From Perna viridis (lineage: Eukaryota), in contig CM074511.1 in NCBI GenBank assembly GCA_037379345.1, positions 51,466,862-51,530,861 on the forward strand: a DNA stretch of 64,000 nt. Direction: 5' to 3'. The first letter of the stretch is position 1. Every line of letters starts with the position of its first letter. Made by a program: the position numbers and the translations under genes. A model generated the notes under the pieces. That model worked only from the letters and a program-made list of their open reading frames with translations, did not search any database and was not told where the DNA came from. Positions 14,201 to 29,200 of this stretch are shown here, piece by piece.

Positions 14201-17200
14201 TTTAATTCATTATTACATTCAAAATTGATAAATAGAAACTAACCATAAACCATATAATACAGTTGAGTAAGTTTTTACAAAGTCACTTTTTTGAAACAGA
14301 CCATACTCTAAAAGGTCTAAAACTGTAATTATCATTTTTTGTACTGATCCACTACCATGAGATGGAGCATGATTTTAAAAAGCTGAATTCATTTTGTAAT
14401 GTTATTCAAACAAAACACATGCCTGTTCTGTTCCAGTACATCCCACTGGTGTAAGTTTACAACACCACATGTTGGTTATGTGTATTACTTTCAGTAAAAT
14501 AGATCTTCTTGCCAAGAAACAGCAAGTTGAAGAAAAAAAAACCTATATACAAGACCTTCCCTCTGCACTAAGAGGAATTCTGTTACCTACATTGAGGGCA
14601 AACCTTTCTCACTTAACTCTGCATTTTTTAACTAACAAAAACTTAAGTAGGTATCTTTTACTAATATCATCTCATTCTAGGTCTAAAAGCTTTTAATCAG
14701 AGTGAGTAACTACTTACCTTCACCCATTTCTTTTGTAATAATGGAATATAATGTTCTTTTGCCAGAGATGTAAAGGTTGCTGTAAGACACTTCTTCTGAG
14801 CCATGGCAAACGTCTGTCTACATGATAAACCATCTTCTGGGGTCAGACACTGCCTTGATGATGTACTGGTAGCATCTATTGAATAGAATAATTTTTATAT
14901 TAGTTGAACTGAATAGTAAAATACAGGTAATGATTTTTAATTAGATTAACACAGTTATAGTTTACTAGTTTAGTGTAAGAAACACTTTACTGCTAATTAT
15001 TGCCTCCAGTTAATTTGAATAGAATCCATCATTTCTGTTAAAAGTTATTCCTATAATCAACTTTATGCAAATTTTACATCTGTCCAAGTAAGACTTGAGG
15101 TCATTATTGTTAATAGTGTTCATGCTTTACTGTACTTTTTTATATGTATGACCCCATTTAGATATGTCACTATGGTTCATGGCCTAGATATTACATTAGA
15201 GAGACATTAAAAGTACAAAAGTATATTTTGTATCATTACAGAACTCAACAATATAATTATGGGTTCTACACTATGCCACTGTACAACAAAGAAATGGATA
15301 ATTCCTGTCAGAGTATTTCATTACAAAGGCATTTATTTTATTTGTTATTGTAGAAACAAATCATTTATTACTGCTAATGCACTTCCCAATGTGGTTGGTC
15401 ATTAAAAATGTAACATGCAAAATTGCACTTATGTGGGAGTCAATTTGTCTACCAATTAAGTGAAGTCTCCATGATGCTTTCAACTTTACTTTAATGATGT
15501 TCTTTAGTTTTTGGAATTACATAAGAATAAAAATTGTGATTTACGTTTGTTTTCTTCTACTTTTTGGCAATATTAAGTTTCTTGAAACGAACATACATTT
15601 AAAACATTACAAATGGAAATAAAAAAGAAATAATACAACACAATCTTATAATTTGACAATACAATTTACCTACCAGTAGGCATTTGACCTCTAGGAACAA
15701 ACACACCCTCATGAGGAGCTAGGCTGGTAACAACACCATCAGGTGCTGTCTGGGCTACTGTATTGTGGAGAACTGATGAATTATAGCTTGGAGGGGGGCT
15801 GGCACTATACTGTGGAGGACTGTAACTTGGTGGAGGGCTCTGTTCTCTCAACTGATAATCATATCTTGGTTGTAGTTCCATCACCAAGTTTTTAGTATCA
15901 GCAAAACTGTAAGATTAATGTCACTATGAGTAAAACATCTTAAACATTTTTTTTAAAGTCATAGAAAATTATCATCTGTACAAATAATCATACCACAATT
16001 TTCATTGAAAAAAATCCTGGAATTAATCTTCAAGATAAATACATTAATGTATTTACCTTTGAAAGCAACAGAAGATATCAATTCTCTTGTCATCTTTCCT
16101 GTGTAGATCTATACTGCAGATAGCTGGGTAGACTAGAACTATAGAGGCCAGGTTGAACAGAATCAGTATTGCTGCCTGTAATAAACATAAAATTTAATGT
16201 TGTGAAATTAAGGACAATCAAATATTAAGAATTGTATGGTATAGTTTCAGCTTATTTTTAATAAAATGATAACATTATTTCATTTAAAATGATGGAATAG
16301 CAAAAGGATTTATTTTTTTATAATAAAAGCTCTTTCAAAACCAACAGTTGCAGCTATACCTTTATATTGTTGTAGTTTCACTGCCTGGTTTCGTAAAAAA
16401 AATTCTCAAATTGAGATTTTCCTCAAATCCTTGAGCTTTCCGCCCATATTCAATTTCCAGCCCGTTTGAGTTGAGGAAGGATTTGAGGAAATTCTCAATT
16501 TGAGATGTTTTATGAAACCGGACCCAGAAATAATATCTATCATATACATATGTGAGAGAAATAGCCTTAGAACAAACCTGTAGAGAAAATGCCCTTAGAG
16601 CAGGAATAGGAATGATTGCTGCAGTAAAGAAAGCAAGCATATTGTTGAAGGATGTTATCAGAATGGTAACACCTGTTCTCTTTAAACATTCACCAGTTTG
16701 TTCCTACAAAGAAAAACACATTTCAAATGAAACCAATGTATGAATAAGTCACTGAGATAAATAATATCACCAGTAAGATGACACTGTTCAAGATGATGTT
16801 TCCACAAGAAACTTAAGGATTGTCTCTGGATTTTTTGGCTTAAAAATGCAATGCAATATATACCAGTCATGAAGAAGAAATGAAGTTTTGTGATAAGTCT
16901 GAACACCATTTTAACTTACATTTAATGGAATATTCTTCTTCTCAGCATTTTCAGAGTAGGTATGAGCAATAAGAAACATATCATCTACTCCCAAGCCCAA
17001 AGCTAGAAAGGGTATGATCTGTGTAGTGGCAGCATTAAATGGTATCCCCAATACACAACATACACCAAGACCAGCAGCAACAGATAGGGCTACCAACAGA
17101 ACTCCAGCTATACCAATACCACTCTGAGATTGTACAGCATTGTTCCATTTTAACAGAGAGACACAGGCATAAACAATCTGAAGATAGATAAAATATTTGA

Positions 17201-20200
17201 AATGATAAAATATTTAACAATCATTCAAATCTGTTTCTACACTGTCTTATGTATAACATCAATATGTACTGTTGACAGATTCCACCTGTTCTTGACAATA
17301 CCACAGGGGTTTCATGAAGAGAAAAACACATTTTTGTTCCATTAACATTGAAACGACATGCTTCAATTAGAAGAACAGAATTCCTTTTTAAATATATACA
17401 TTTAACAGTGCAAACTGTAAAGATGACCATATTTACGGTGACTACTACAATACATGAAGTGCATATAAATTGCCAAATTTGAACAGGAAGTTCTTTTTGG
17501 ATATACAATTATTTCTTATTTAGTGACAACACAGGTGTTCTTTGTTTAAAAAAAATCCAGATTTATTGCTCTAATCTAGTTTTTTTTTTTTTATTTCTAT
17601 TTTAATGTTGAAAAAATTCTTTCTTCAATTATAAATTTGATCTGCATGTAGTTGTCTCCAATTAAAAAATAGCTGACATTATCAAACAAAAGGTCTTTAG
17701 TACAGGAAAGTCTTGCTAGAAACAAATATTTTGGACCAATATGGTAAATATTTCCATGAACTGAAATAACAGATGACTAAATAACTTACCATCAGTATAT
17801 AACCAAAGGCTACCCTTACTACACTGACTCCAGAGAACTCAGACATAATATCAAACAGGGATGTTGTAGCAAAGCCATAAACAGAATCGGAGGTATTCTG
17901 TGTTCCAGACATCTTAGACACAACCTACAAAGTTCAATTTAATTTGTACCTATTTTAAAAAAATATATCTTCCTCAGATTAAAATATAAAGATTTTCCCA
18001 TTAGTGAAAGTACATAATTTCTCTGTCCTAACTTATAGGTACAGGTATAGTTCACATGACTTTTATGCCTGAAAAAAAAAGTAATTAGCTGGTTACTTTT
18101 ACTTAACTTCTGTACTCTATAACATGAGACACAAAGTTCTAATATTAGTTATGGATACAATCCTTTGACAATGCCATTTGCAGTTTTCATTACAATATGA
18201 CAGATTTAAGAGCAAAAATTTGAAAGATTTCATAGACTTGCAAAAATAACATAACTGTTCATGACAGTTTTTGTTCCAGTTTTGAAACATTATACCTGTA
18301 TAAACAATTTCTTTGAACATGCATCAACTTTTGATCTAAAGCATCTGTGTTTGATAAACTTCAAACAATTAATTGAAACATGTACCTTCCCCAATTCATT
18401 TTTATTAAACAGATAGGCTTGGGGGAGAAATGTCTGTTCACCTGTATAAATTTTTCTATGCCATGCATCTAAGAACTGCTTAGCAATTTCTTGGCTTCAT
18501 TCTAAACTGTGTACTTTAATCTGTGTATGGTGTATTAAGTATACAATTTTTAAACCTAGCAAAAGATTATATTAATGTAAAGTTTACCTTTATGAATTTT
18601 CTCTGCCATGCATCTAAGACCTGCTTAGCTTTTTCTTGGTTCCATTCAATACTGTGAACTTTATAATCATCCTGCCAGTACTCATAAAAAGATTTTTCAG
18701 CCATTAGTTGAACAACAGACTGCAAGGCTTCAGCTCTGTAAAAATGACCATGGTAATTAAAGATTAGGTTGGGAAAATTGAGGATTTTTTGAAGTTTTCA
18801 TTATAGAATCTGATGAGTAACGAACAAATTACAATTTAAAATAAATTCTACTTAATAATTATTCTTTATTGTACATGAATCAGGCGCGTAGCTGCCATTA
18901 GGCAAAAGCTTTTGCCAATTTTTTTTTTGGAGATAAAATACATCCAGGAGAGGCATAAATGATGCTCTTAAAAGCTGTCTCCGCAGAGCTTCGGGGGGGG
19001 GGGGGGGGGGGGCCCTGGACCTGCTGGAGGCCTTAAGCCCCCAGACCCCCTGCCATAATTTTGCCTACACTTCAATTTGGCCTCAGCTACGCACCTGTGA
19101 ATACTGTAAGGGTTTTTTTAAAGTTTGGACACTTGTATACAATTATCCTACACCAAATGTATTTTAATAAGAATAATCTATTTTACCACCCAGACACAAT
19201 TCTTTTATCTGTAAAAGACTTAAAAACTTAGGGCTTCAATTTATATCGCTGCATCATACATGCATGAAATTAAGTATCAAATACTAAATAGATTTAAAGC
19301 TTTTAAAGATAAACAGTTTCCATTAAAACTCATCATTTAATCTTTGCAGTTCTTCATACCAGAAACTCAAAGTGTATACAGACTTCCACAATAACTGACT
19401 ACAGAAAGTTGATTTCCATTGAGAATAATGTATAAACTGTGTAGGTCAATATTAAAATAACTCTAGCTACACTATAGAGAGCGTTTCTATAGGATATTCA
19501 ATGGTTTGCACTTCAGAGAATCTGATGTATGAACTGATTATCTAATGACGAGAAGTCATCATTTATACTGAGTGTCACCATCACAATGGGCGCTCACTAC
19601 ACTTCATGAATCTGATCAATCTAGCTTCTAAGTTAATCAGATACACTCAAATCATTTTCAACTTCACGACCTTCTATAAATGTGTTTTCTCACAAGGATG
19701 TGTATACAAAATATTATTATTTACATAATACTGTCATGACTATGTGCAGGGAAAACATCATTAATCTAAATTCAAATAAGATAGGAAACAATAATTCTCA
19801 AGTTTTTATTTGCAATACATGCTTTTTCTTTCAGAAGCACTTATACTTCTGGCAAGAAAAATCTTTGTTTTTGTTCCAATCCAAAATTTTTTGCCAAAAT
19901 AATTGAAATCCTTCACCTACACATCATTGTATGACTTACCGAACAATATGACCAGTTTTATTCTTTTTGGCTCCTCCAACAATTAGATCTTCATGCCAAT
20001 GCATTATGTTTTCTGCAAAGCCAGAGCATCCATTGGTCAATTCTGCACCAATATCAGGAATCTGAAATCAAATGTCATTTTTTAATGACAAAAGCAATAA
20101 ATCTTTGGGGGAATTTTTTAAAGGTGTTTAAAATCAATTATTGATGTAGATAGAAAATGTTTCTATAAAAGTGAAGGTTTATTTCTTTCTCATACCAGTT

Positions 20201-23200
20201 AAGAGATTTAGGTTATAGGCATATCATAGTTTCTTAGACAAACTTAATCCTATTAAAATAGTAAATTCAGAAAAGTAGACCACAAAAAAAGCTCAATCTT
20301 TCAAAATTTGACATTTTTAATTTCTAAAACTTGAAAGCATGTAAAATTTCATTCATAAATTTAAAAAGTCAACAAGGCAATGACTTGCAATTTACTTATG
20401 TATAAAATCATAAATATATTTCATAAATTGATATTAGTCTCTTTACGAATGACACTTAAATAAGAAATCTTTTATAAAAAATGTATTTCAAATTGTGTTT
20501 TTCATAAAACTGGCGCTTTTATCCAACAATTTGTTTCGTCTTTGTTCACCTGCCTATTGTGTTGTAATTTAGATCAGTCAAATTTTTTGGGTGTAAGTTT
20601 CGTGATCTGAGTTAGTGATAAAACATAGCTGTAGGTTTGACCATCTTAATTACATCGAGTGAAATTTGAAACCTGAGTCAATAACATCTAAACATTCCTA
20701 CTGTATAGAATTGTTTAAACTTTTAAAAGAACATGGTGGGTGTTGAATGTACATAAAAAGTCACAATGATCCCTTATAAGCCTAGGGTTGGATCAATGTT
20801 CAAAGAACCCAGCAATAAAAAACATGAAATTAAAGCCCCATTGTATATAGTTCCTGTGAGTTTGGTCTATTAAGTGTAGATTCATACAAAGGAAAGGTCT
20901 TAATTACAGACAAGATTATTAAACACAATATCATATCAACTGTCTTTTGAGACATTTTTAACTATACTCTGCCCTGTATTCAACATGTTTTAGATAAAGA
21001 TACACAAATGCTCTACCTGTCTCCATTCCCAATAAGTCAAGGGGTGGTTAAGGTCATTGCATTTATTGCTTTTAGACTAAAAAGTTACCTATTGACAATG
21101 ATACTAGGCAAGATGTAATGATGGGAAGTTACACAATACTGATCCATCCATGTCTGTTTATGCAAATATTTTCCTCACGACTCCATCAATCTATACTTAG
21201 GGTGGTATGACTTTCATATGTCACAGTATTACATTCATTCATTCATTACTAGATTTGTGTATAGTCATTTCAGGTTCACTGGAGAAAGACAAGGTACATT
21301 CTTTATCTTATTCACATTACCCATTCCAACCTACCTATGAAATGTCATTTGAATGATACTGAACATATATCTGCTCCCTCTAAATGCAAAGTTATAAGGA
21401 TTGAAATTGGAAGGAAATCTACTTATCATTTTCCAGTTAAAATAAATGAAAATGGGCATAACATGAGGCATAGATTAGATGCAAGTAATAAAAAAAGAAT
21501 GTACTTACTGCTCCTGTATGTTTGTTTGGAGCTGTATCTGGACATTGTGTTACAGTAGGGTCCAGACATGGTCTCTGCTGGTAACCTGTTGTTATCCCAG
21601 CCTGAAATTGTACATAAAATTGACAAATCGCACTCTACCGATTCAACAGGAAAAAATCAAGTCATACATATTAGCTAGCATCAATTTGGTTCAAGAATAT
21701 TTATACAAGATTTAAAACATTCCATCATCTATATAATCATAGTACCAATACAAAATAAGGATTTAAGTTTTCACCAGAAAACATGTAAGTACATGTAAAA
21801 TACAACTAGTTAACAATTATTTAGTGCCTCTGTAAGTATGATAACATTGTCTAATAATGTTACCATCAAAGTGTATATGTGTGATGATATACAGGCAATT
21901 AATGAAATTTCCACAGTGCAAAGCTATGAAATGTTGACATACAGGTGACCAAAAAATTTATGTAAGCAATTCAATGTGTGTGGTTGATGGATGATTTGTC
22001 AACACATTATGTAACTAAGTGACTTTAAATGTATATAATTTGTCACCCTACAGCATGAAAGACTATCAATAAAAATGCATGAATTCTTAATATTGCCTAC
22101 ACAAAATCTTATTTGAAAAAATAGCCAAATTTTAATAGCCCTATCTTAAGATTATAACAGACCTATTGTTATGGGGATTAATGTCCAACGATGCTCATGG
22201 TTCAATTAAAGCAACGAAGTAACCATCTTGAATGGCCAGTGATTTATGCAGTATCCATTAAAGTATCTTTTAAGTTTTATAATAGACAGGTAAGAGCAAC
22301 AGCCAAACAACTTTTAACAGTATCAGAATCAAACACATGAACCCCTAAAACCTATCTAAAGGTATAAATTGGTGAACAGACTTGACAGACAGTAATGGAA
22401 TAATGAGCCACAAAACCTACCTCCTTCATCATTTCTTTCATGACATCAACTTTGGGAATTCGGTCATGATGGTGGTTTTCTATGTACTCTATCAGGCTTT
22501 CTGGATTCAAACTGTCCCATCTCAGAGGTGGTAAAGGCCTAAAAATAAATGCCAACTCATCATTTTCTATGTAGCACAATAATTCACCAGAAAATCATTG
22601 TCAGACCATAAGCTAAATTGAGTTGGCAAGTTCTAAGTCTTAGAATCAAAATGCAATAAAACAGGCTCTACCTGATGGCAGTACAAATTATGTAAGTGCA
22701 TAAAAGCAATAATAACAACAATTTTTGAGGCAAACCAAATCAGAATATTTCTCGTTAAGTGTTTTTATTCTCAATTTGAAAAATCGCTAATAATAATAAG
22801 TCATTTTAATGCTCATGATATGGAAGTTTTTAAATAGATTCTGAGTGATATATAGCAATACACAATATTATTTAAACACCAATAGAATCCATTCAAATCA
22901 GTAAATAGAATGTTAGTATGATAGTCAACAATATAAATAAAATGGTTTGCAGCTCAATATGACTGCATTGGATAAAACCTAAACACTAAGAGTATAAACA
23001 ACTTTACTTAAAATTGATACAAAACTGAATTTTCATTGGGATTGAATTTTTGACACAGCATGAAACGAAGATAATAAAGGTCCACAAGTCTGAACCCTAA
23101 ATGTTCGGTATGTAACACATTTTCTATTTGTGAGAAAGGTTGTTTTCAGGAAACCAAAAGCCCTAATCAAAATGAAAACTTTTATATGTATATGTACAGT

Positions 23201-26200
23201 GTTCATTTGGGTGGTAAATGTGTTTTTACTCTATCTATGAAATAGGAATTTAGCATGCACACCTATTATTTTCTATTATCAAAGTAAAATGATTGAATAT
23301 GATGCTGTGTGATCTTGTATTGTAAGAGCAAGTCTAGTTTTTACAGCCAGATCCATAAAATTCAGTTTACTTTGTAATATATAAAGAATGAAGTAAATGA
23401 CATCTCAAATATTATTTCTTTTAAATCCCTTATGGATATTTTAGTGATCAGATAACATATTGCTTTATTTATTGGGCTTCAGAAATAAAATGTGATTTAA
23501 AAACAGATAATATGCCCTCCTAAAGGTTTAGATTTATGGAAAAATCAAATAAAAATAATAAATATGTATTTCAAAAATAAAAAAAAATTGAGAAGAGAAA
23601 ATTTTCTCAACTGTACTGACTGAATTGTGTCTTCTTTTTACAGCACAAGTAAAATATGGTAAAATCTTTTTTTCCTTTTAACAAATTTAAACATTCTTTG
23701 CATATGTCAGAACTTGAAGCATCATTTTCTTTCTGAATGCCATTCAAACAAGATAATTCACTTCAACTGAAAAGAGTTTTCAACAAAATATGTCAAGGAT
23801 GTAAATCATACAGAATTCTATAACCAACAAACAAAAAAAAGAAGAAATAATCAACCAAAAAAGTACTTTTGAACCAATGTCAACAATCAAGACTTTGATA
23901 AAGAGGTATTTTCTACTGGGATAAACATCAAAGGATAATGTGTCATAATCAGGAATTTATTGGCATAAAACAATAAATCACCTTTCAGTTGAGAAACAAC
24001 AACAAATGCTTTAAGTCTGACCAAAATGAAATCTGCAGGTGTAGGACCACCCAACTTGTAGTACTTGTTATCACTGAATGCCTACAGCAAAATACATGAT
24101 ATTTCCCTCACTGCTTCCTTGGTTAAAACCATGTTTCATTCATTAAGTACAGTTCAATCTATTTTGCCAGAACTTTGAAGAATCTATGCCTAGATAATCA
24201 CAGTACTGTAATACAACCTTCGATTTACTACCAAGAAAATATAAACATCAACTCATGATCTGCAAACTCAGTTATCATAATTGCTTCCTGTAGGAAGATC
24301 TTTAAAGGTATTCAGAACGAGATCATTTTTTGTAACCTTTACTTTAAATGAAATCAAGGTATTAAAAATTAGCATTTAATGTTTATTTACAGGGAAAACT
24401 AAAATGACATGATCATGGACTTTCTATAACTGAAATTTTCTTTTCCAAAATACATCAAGATATGAAGTGCTATATACCAGTACTGAAAATCTGGAAAATA
24501 TTTGGAACGGTCATATTAACCTGTTTCTTTTTTTTTTTTTTTTTTTTATTCATTCAAACTGTTTTCTGTGTTTTTTGAAGAACTTATTCACAACACTTTA
24601 ATTTTGATTTATAGGTATGACCAAAAATAAAATTGCTTTGAAAATTTCAAGGTTTATAAGTATCTGAACATAAACCATATATATAGAAAAGCTTACATAA
24701 AAATCATAACTTTGATGATGCCTTAATGTAAATATTTTGGGAAACAAACCTGAAATTGAGAAAAAAAACTAAAATTGCTATAGTGCATTTCCTACAATAT
24801 AATGGAAAACTACTTTACTGAAACATATACACTAAATATACTGCAAGTTTAATCATCTACTTGGAAAATTGCCCTACCAAACCTAAAATCATTTCAATTA
24901 AAAATTCCTCAATTTATTTCTCTACCAACAAATTAAAAGTAAGAAGTGTATATTGTTGATCAGGTTTTCATATTGGCAGTCTCTCCCCTCTGACCACCCA
25001 GACTGATCACTTACTTGCAACAAAATGTTGGACAGAGAACCAGTAATGTCAATTACAATCTTTCAACTGTTATCGAAAAATATACCTCAGAGAATTGGCA
25101 TAATTAACCTAGCCAGATAGTTCTCTTAATGTTACATAAGGTGAACAAGCATTCTGCATTTGTATCTCAGTTTTAATCAGAGAATGTTTTATGGAATAAT
25201 ACTCTCTGTGTACTTAGGATCTGTTTTGAAGTGCAATTATTGCCATTTTGATATTAATTTAGTATAATAAAAGTATGTACCGGGAAGGCATACTGACTAC
25301 AGCTAGCCTCCCACAATGAAGTGTTTGGATTCCTAAGTTAAGGTTAAAAAATCTCTGCAACAAGCACCAGATACCCCAAAAATTAACAAATCTCAATCTC
25401 AGTTTACAACTGACCATTCTAAAAAGCACAGCACATACTAATCTCAGAATGTCTTTCATAGCTGAAATATTGCTGCTCGGACGTTAAACCCAAACAAACA
25501 AAAAAATATCCCCCTTTTTTCAAACAAAAAACTGTTTCTGTTTCTTGAAAAAATATGGTCTGCTTATGTTGATATACTTACAGTGTGGTCCAAACAGAAT
25601 GATGTGGGCCTAGAACTTTTGCACCTTCCCAGAAACAGTCCAATGGTGTTATGATCACACATGGTGCAAGCTTTTGTATAATCTGCAAAAAAATGTGTTG
25701 TTCATAGTATAAATTGTTCTTCAAAGTAACTAAATGAAGCAGTAAAATCTTTAATCTTATGAAATCAAGAAACAAAAAAAAAATTTGCCCCAAACTGTAT
25801 GAAGTTTAGCTTAACATGATGGGAGTTGAATATTAGATTTCACTTAATCATGGAATCCCTGATATACAATTAGCATTTGGTGTAATAAGTGTAAAATAAG
25901 GCAGTGGGTGTTACTGACAGCATACTTCAAGAAGATACATTCTAATGATTCTGATAACAACTGATTACATACAGCAAAACCTTCATAATCCAAACATTTC
26001 ACAGAAAATAAATCCGTATGAAAATAGAGTTAAAAAAGGGAAGTGGCAAAAAACATGCTCTGATGGGGAGGCAACTGAATGAATTCTTTCGGACTTTAAT
26101 CAAAATAAGGTTGTTTATATCACTTTTATTTCAAACCTCTTCAGTCTATCTAAACAGAATATTAAAAGACAGAGAGTTACAATGAAAATTCACATTTTTT

Positions 26201-29200
26201 TTCAGGAGCAACAATAATTTGAATCCATAGACATTCAGGGGAGATAATTTATTGTTTCTACTCACATTATCTATGATGTTATCTTCAAAGACTGGAAATT
26301 CAGCAACATAGCAAATGTCATGAAACTTCCATGTCCTATAAAAGAAAATTAAAAATTGTAAGATTTACCAATATGGACAATGACCAGTATCAATTTTTTT
26401 GATGTAAAATTGAATAAAATGTGTATTTTAAGTTACTGTTAACAGATTTTTCATAAGATTATCCATGACATACAAGGCAAAAACTTCAAGGACAAGTAAA
26501 ATATGATTAAAAGTGAGTAATAAATATAATAGTGTAATGGTTTGTTCATGCAATCTATAATTTGTTCATATAATAGACTTTTTATAGTAATAACTTCATC
26601 CGAACAGTACTTACGTCTCAAACATATCTACTTCAATCTCTGTCACTTGCAACAATGTTTCCAAATGTAAAAGTAAAGATTTTTGCGTTAATATATTGGT
26701 TCCTTGTTTTGGAGTTTGAATAATAAGCTCACTAGTAGTCCCACTACCAACACCGACTGTTGTTTTTGTATAAGCTAATTCATCTTCTAATCGACCACCC
26801 TCTGCAATGGTAAAACATGACACTATGTAAAATAGTTGACATTACAACACTGGTCAGTTAAAACTTTTTAAAAATCTTAGCTATTAAATAATAGAAGAAC
26901 ACATTTGTTAATCTGATAGGACAAGAACATTTCACAATCTTCTCCTTTCTTGAGAAAACTACTTTAAAACCTAAAGATGAACAATGACAACAAATCTCAA
27001 ATATTATAAAAATATACAACCTTACATTAATTTCTAAAAAAAAAACCCAAATAAACAAAAAACAAAAACAAAACAAAAATAACAAAAAAACCAACTATGT
27101 GTTTGTATGACATTTATTGGAAAAAACCTTTAAAATAGTCAAAAATTCAATAAATTAAGCAGATCATATTTCAGTCTTTTCCTTTGTTACTACTACAAGG
27201 GAGCTTATCATGGTGAGAAAGATCTTCTCAGAAATGGAAAGTACATTTCAGGTATGAATTTTTTTTCCTTGTGAGAAGCAAGGAAAATTAGTAAAAATAT
27301 CTAAGTTTTGATAGGTAAATAGAAATGTTGAGATATTTACATTATACAATGTTATACACACAGCATATAACTAATATTTAGTTAGGCAAGAACACAATAG
27401 AGGAAATATTATGACAATGACCTCTGTTAGTTTTGGATGACTGCCCCTGTATACCATTGGCTGACATATCTGTCTGTGTGTGGCCCACCAGTTTGATGTA
27501 GACATTGTCACATGTTACCATATGTACCATGTACATATTAAGTGCATTTAACACAAATATCTTTTATAGCAAGAATGTTTACTTTACAGTACTTTCACAA
27601 AACTTATGTTTGTTTTGTCAGGTGGGATTCTGTAGCAAAGTTTATTTTTTCATGTGAATTTCGAGAAAAGAGATTTTGAAGTAAACCTTAATTTATTGGC
27701 ACACTTGCTGTTATGTTAAGTTTCCTATCTATCATTCCTATGGCTAAATGGGTTCACAATTTTCTGTTTAACCTAAAAACTGCCCTCTTTCAACTTTCTA
27801 ACAAACAATAAAGTTTATGTTTTTTTGGAGAAGTGATGTATGAAAACTTTCAAAAATTTTAATTAAATATTTTAAGGGTTAAGTTTAAATAGACATTGTC
27901 ATGCAAGAAAGCTTCAACCATACAGAAAATATACCATTTCTCAAGGAAAATTTCATTCATTTGCACAACTTAAATTCTCTGTTTAAAGTAAGGCTAATTG
28001 ATGGATCAAGACACATGCAAAATACACTTTATTCAACTGAACATTTTAAATTTCTTTTTAGGAAAGTTGACAGAGTGTATTGAGGACTGGCAGAATGTTT
28101 GGCAGTAATTGGGAATTTGGCATGCAACATATTGAACCAAGTCACTGAACCCATACGATCTCACATCATGTTTTTCCGTCAAACTTCACTCCCCCAATGA
28201 ATGTCAACTGTTGGGTGGTACTGTCTCTAGGTGGTTTATTTACCATAGATTTTTGAAAATATAAAATGCATTTTTAATAATGAAAAACTTAGTTATAATG
28301 AAACAGTCCTTCAATAAGCCAGGTTTTATTCATGGACAGTTTGTGGTCTATCAATAAGATAATTACTAGTTTGAGAAATAAAGTTGAAAAAAAAATCAAG
28401 AAAACAATGTTTAATCAATTTCCTTTATATATACAGAAAATATTACAACAGATGCTGCTACTGTCATGCATTTGCAGCAATTTAAGAAATTTTAACAGTA
28501 CAGGCAATTTTCTATGAAAAATAAAAGTTTATTTCAAAAAACTTTGTCTGAAACCATATCTACTGAGGTAATACATAAGTAAGCAAAAGATCATGGCCTG
28601 TGGCCAAAACCTGAAAAGCAAAAAAAATTCTTTTCACATACCACATTTCTGACAGATTGAAATGAAGTGCACAATTTGAAGGTATTTGATCTATCTGCTA
28701 ATCTCACTGAACATGTCTTGTAGAATGATCTGATTAAAGCTAAAAAAACACCCTGAGAATGTAAGTTCAATGTAATTGTCAAATTGCTATCTCTGAAAGG
28801 TACAAGCCAAGTTTATTCCTTCTATGGTGGTCTTAAGCAAAAAACAATGGCTGAAAGAATGTGCTCATTGGAAAAGTAAAAATGGGAACACAAAAAGTTG
28901 TCAGAATCATTTCACAAAATAATGTGTAATTCAGTTTCGACAACAACAAAGCAATGGCCATTTACCTATGGATCACTGACCATCATAGCCCATTCCTTTG
29001 GAAAATTTCACATAATTTAAGTGAAATGTGTGGCATAGTACATTAATAGTGCCATTGAAAATTTCACAGGGAATGGTTTAAAATATGTACATATCTTATC
29101 CTCAAATTTGGTATGAGCAAGATCCCTGTTACAAGCAAAGATACAATAATGTACTGAACAATTTCTAAATCTGTCAGCATAATAAGCCCTAACTAATCTC

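Noticed and set aside
26793-26801. GACCACCCT Gli-like site
   Set aside because: Lies in coding exon 3 (EGGR codons), so it is explained by protein constraint.
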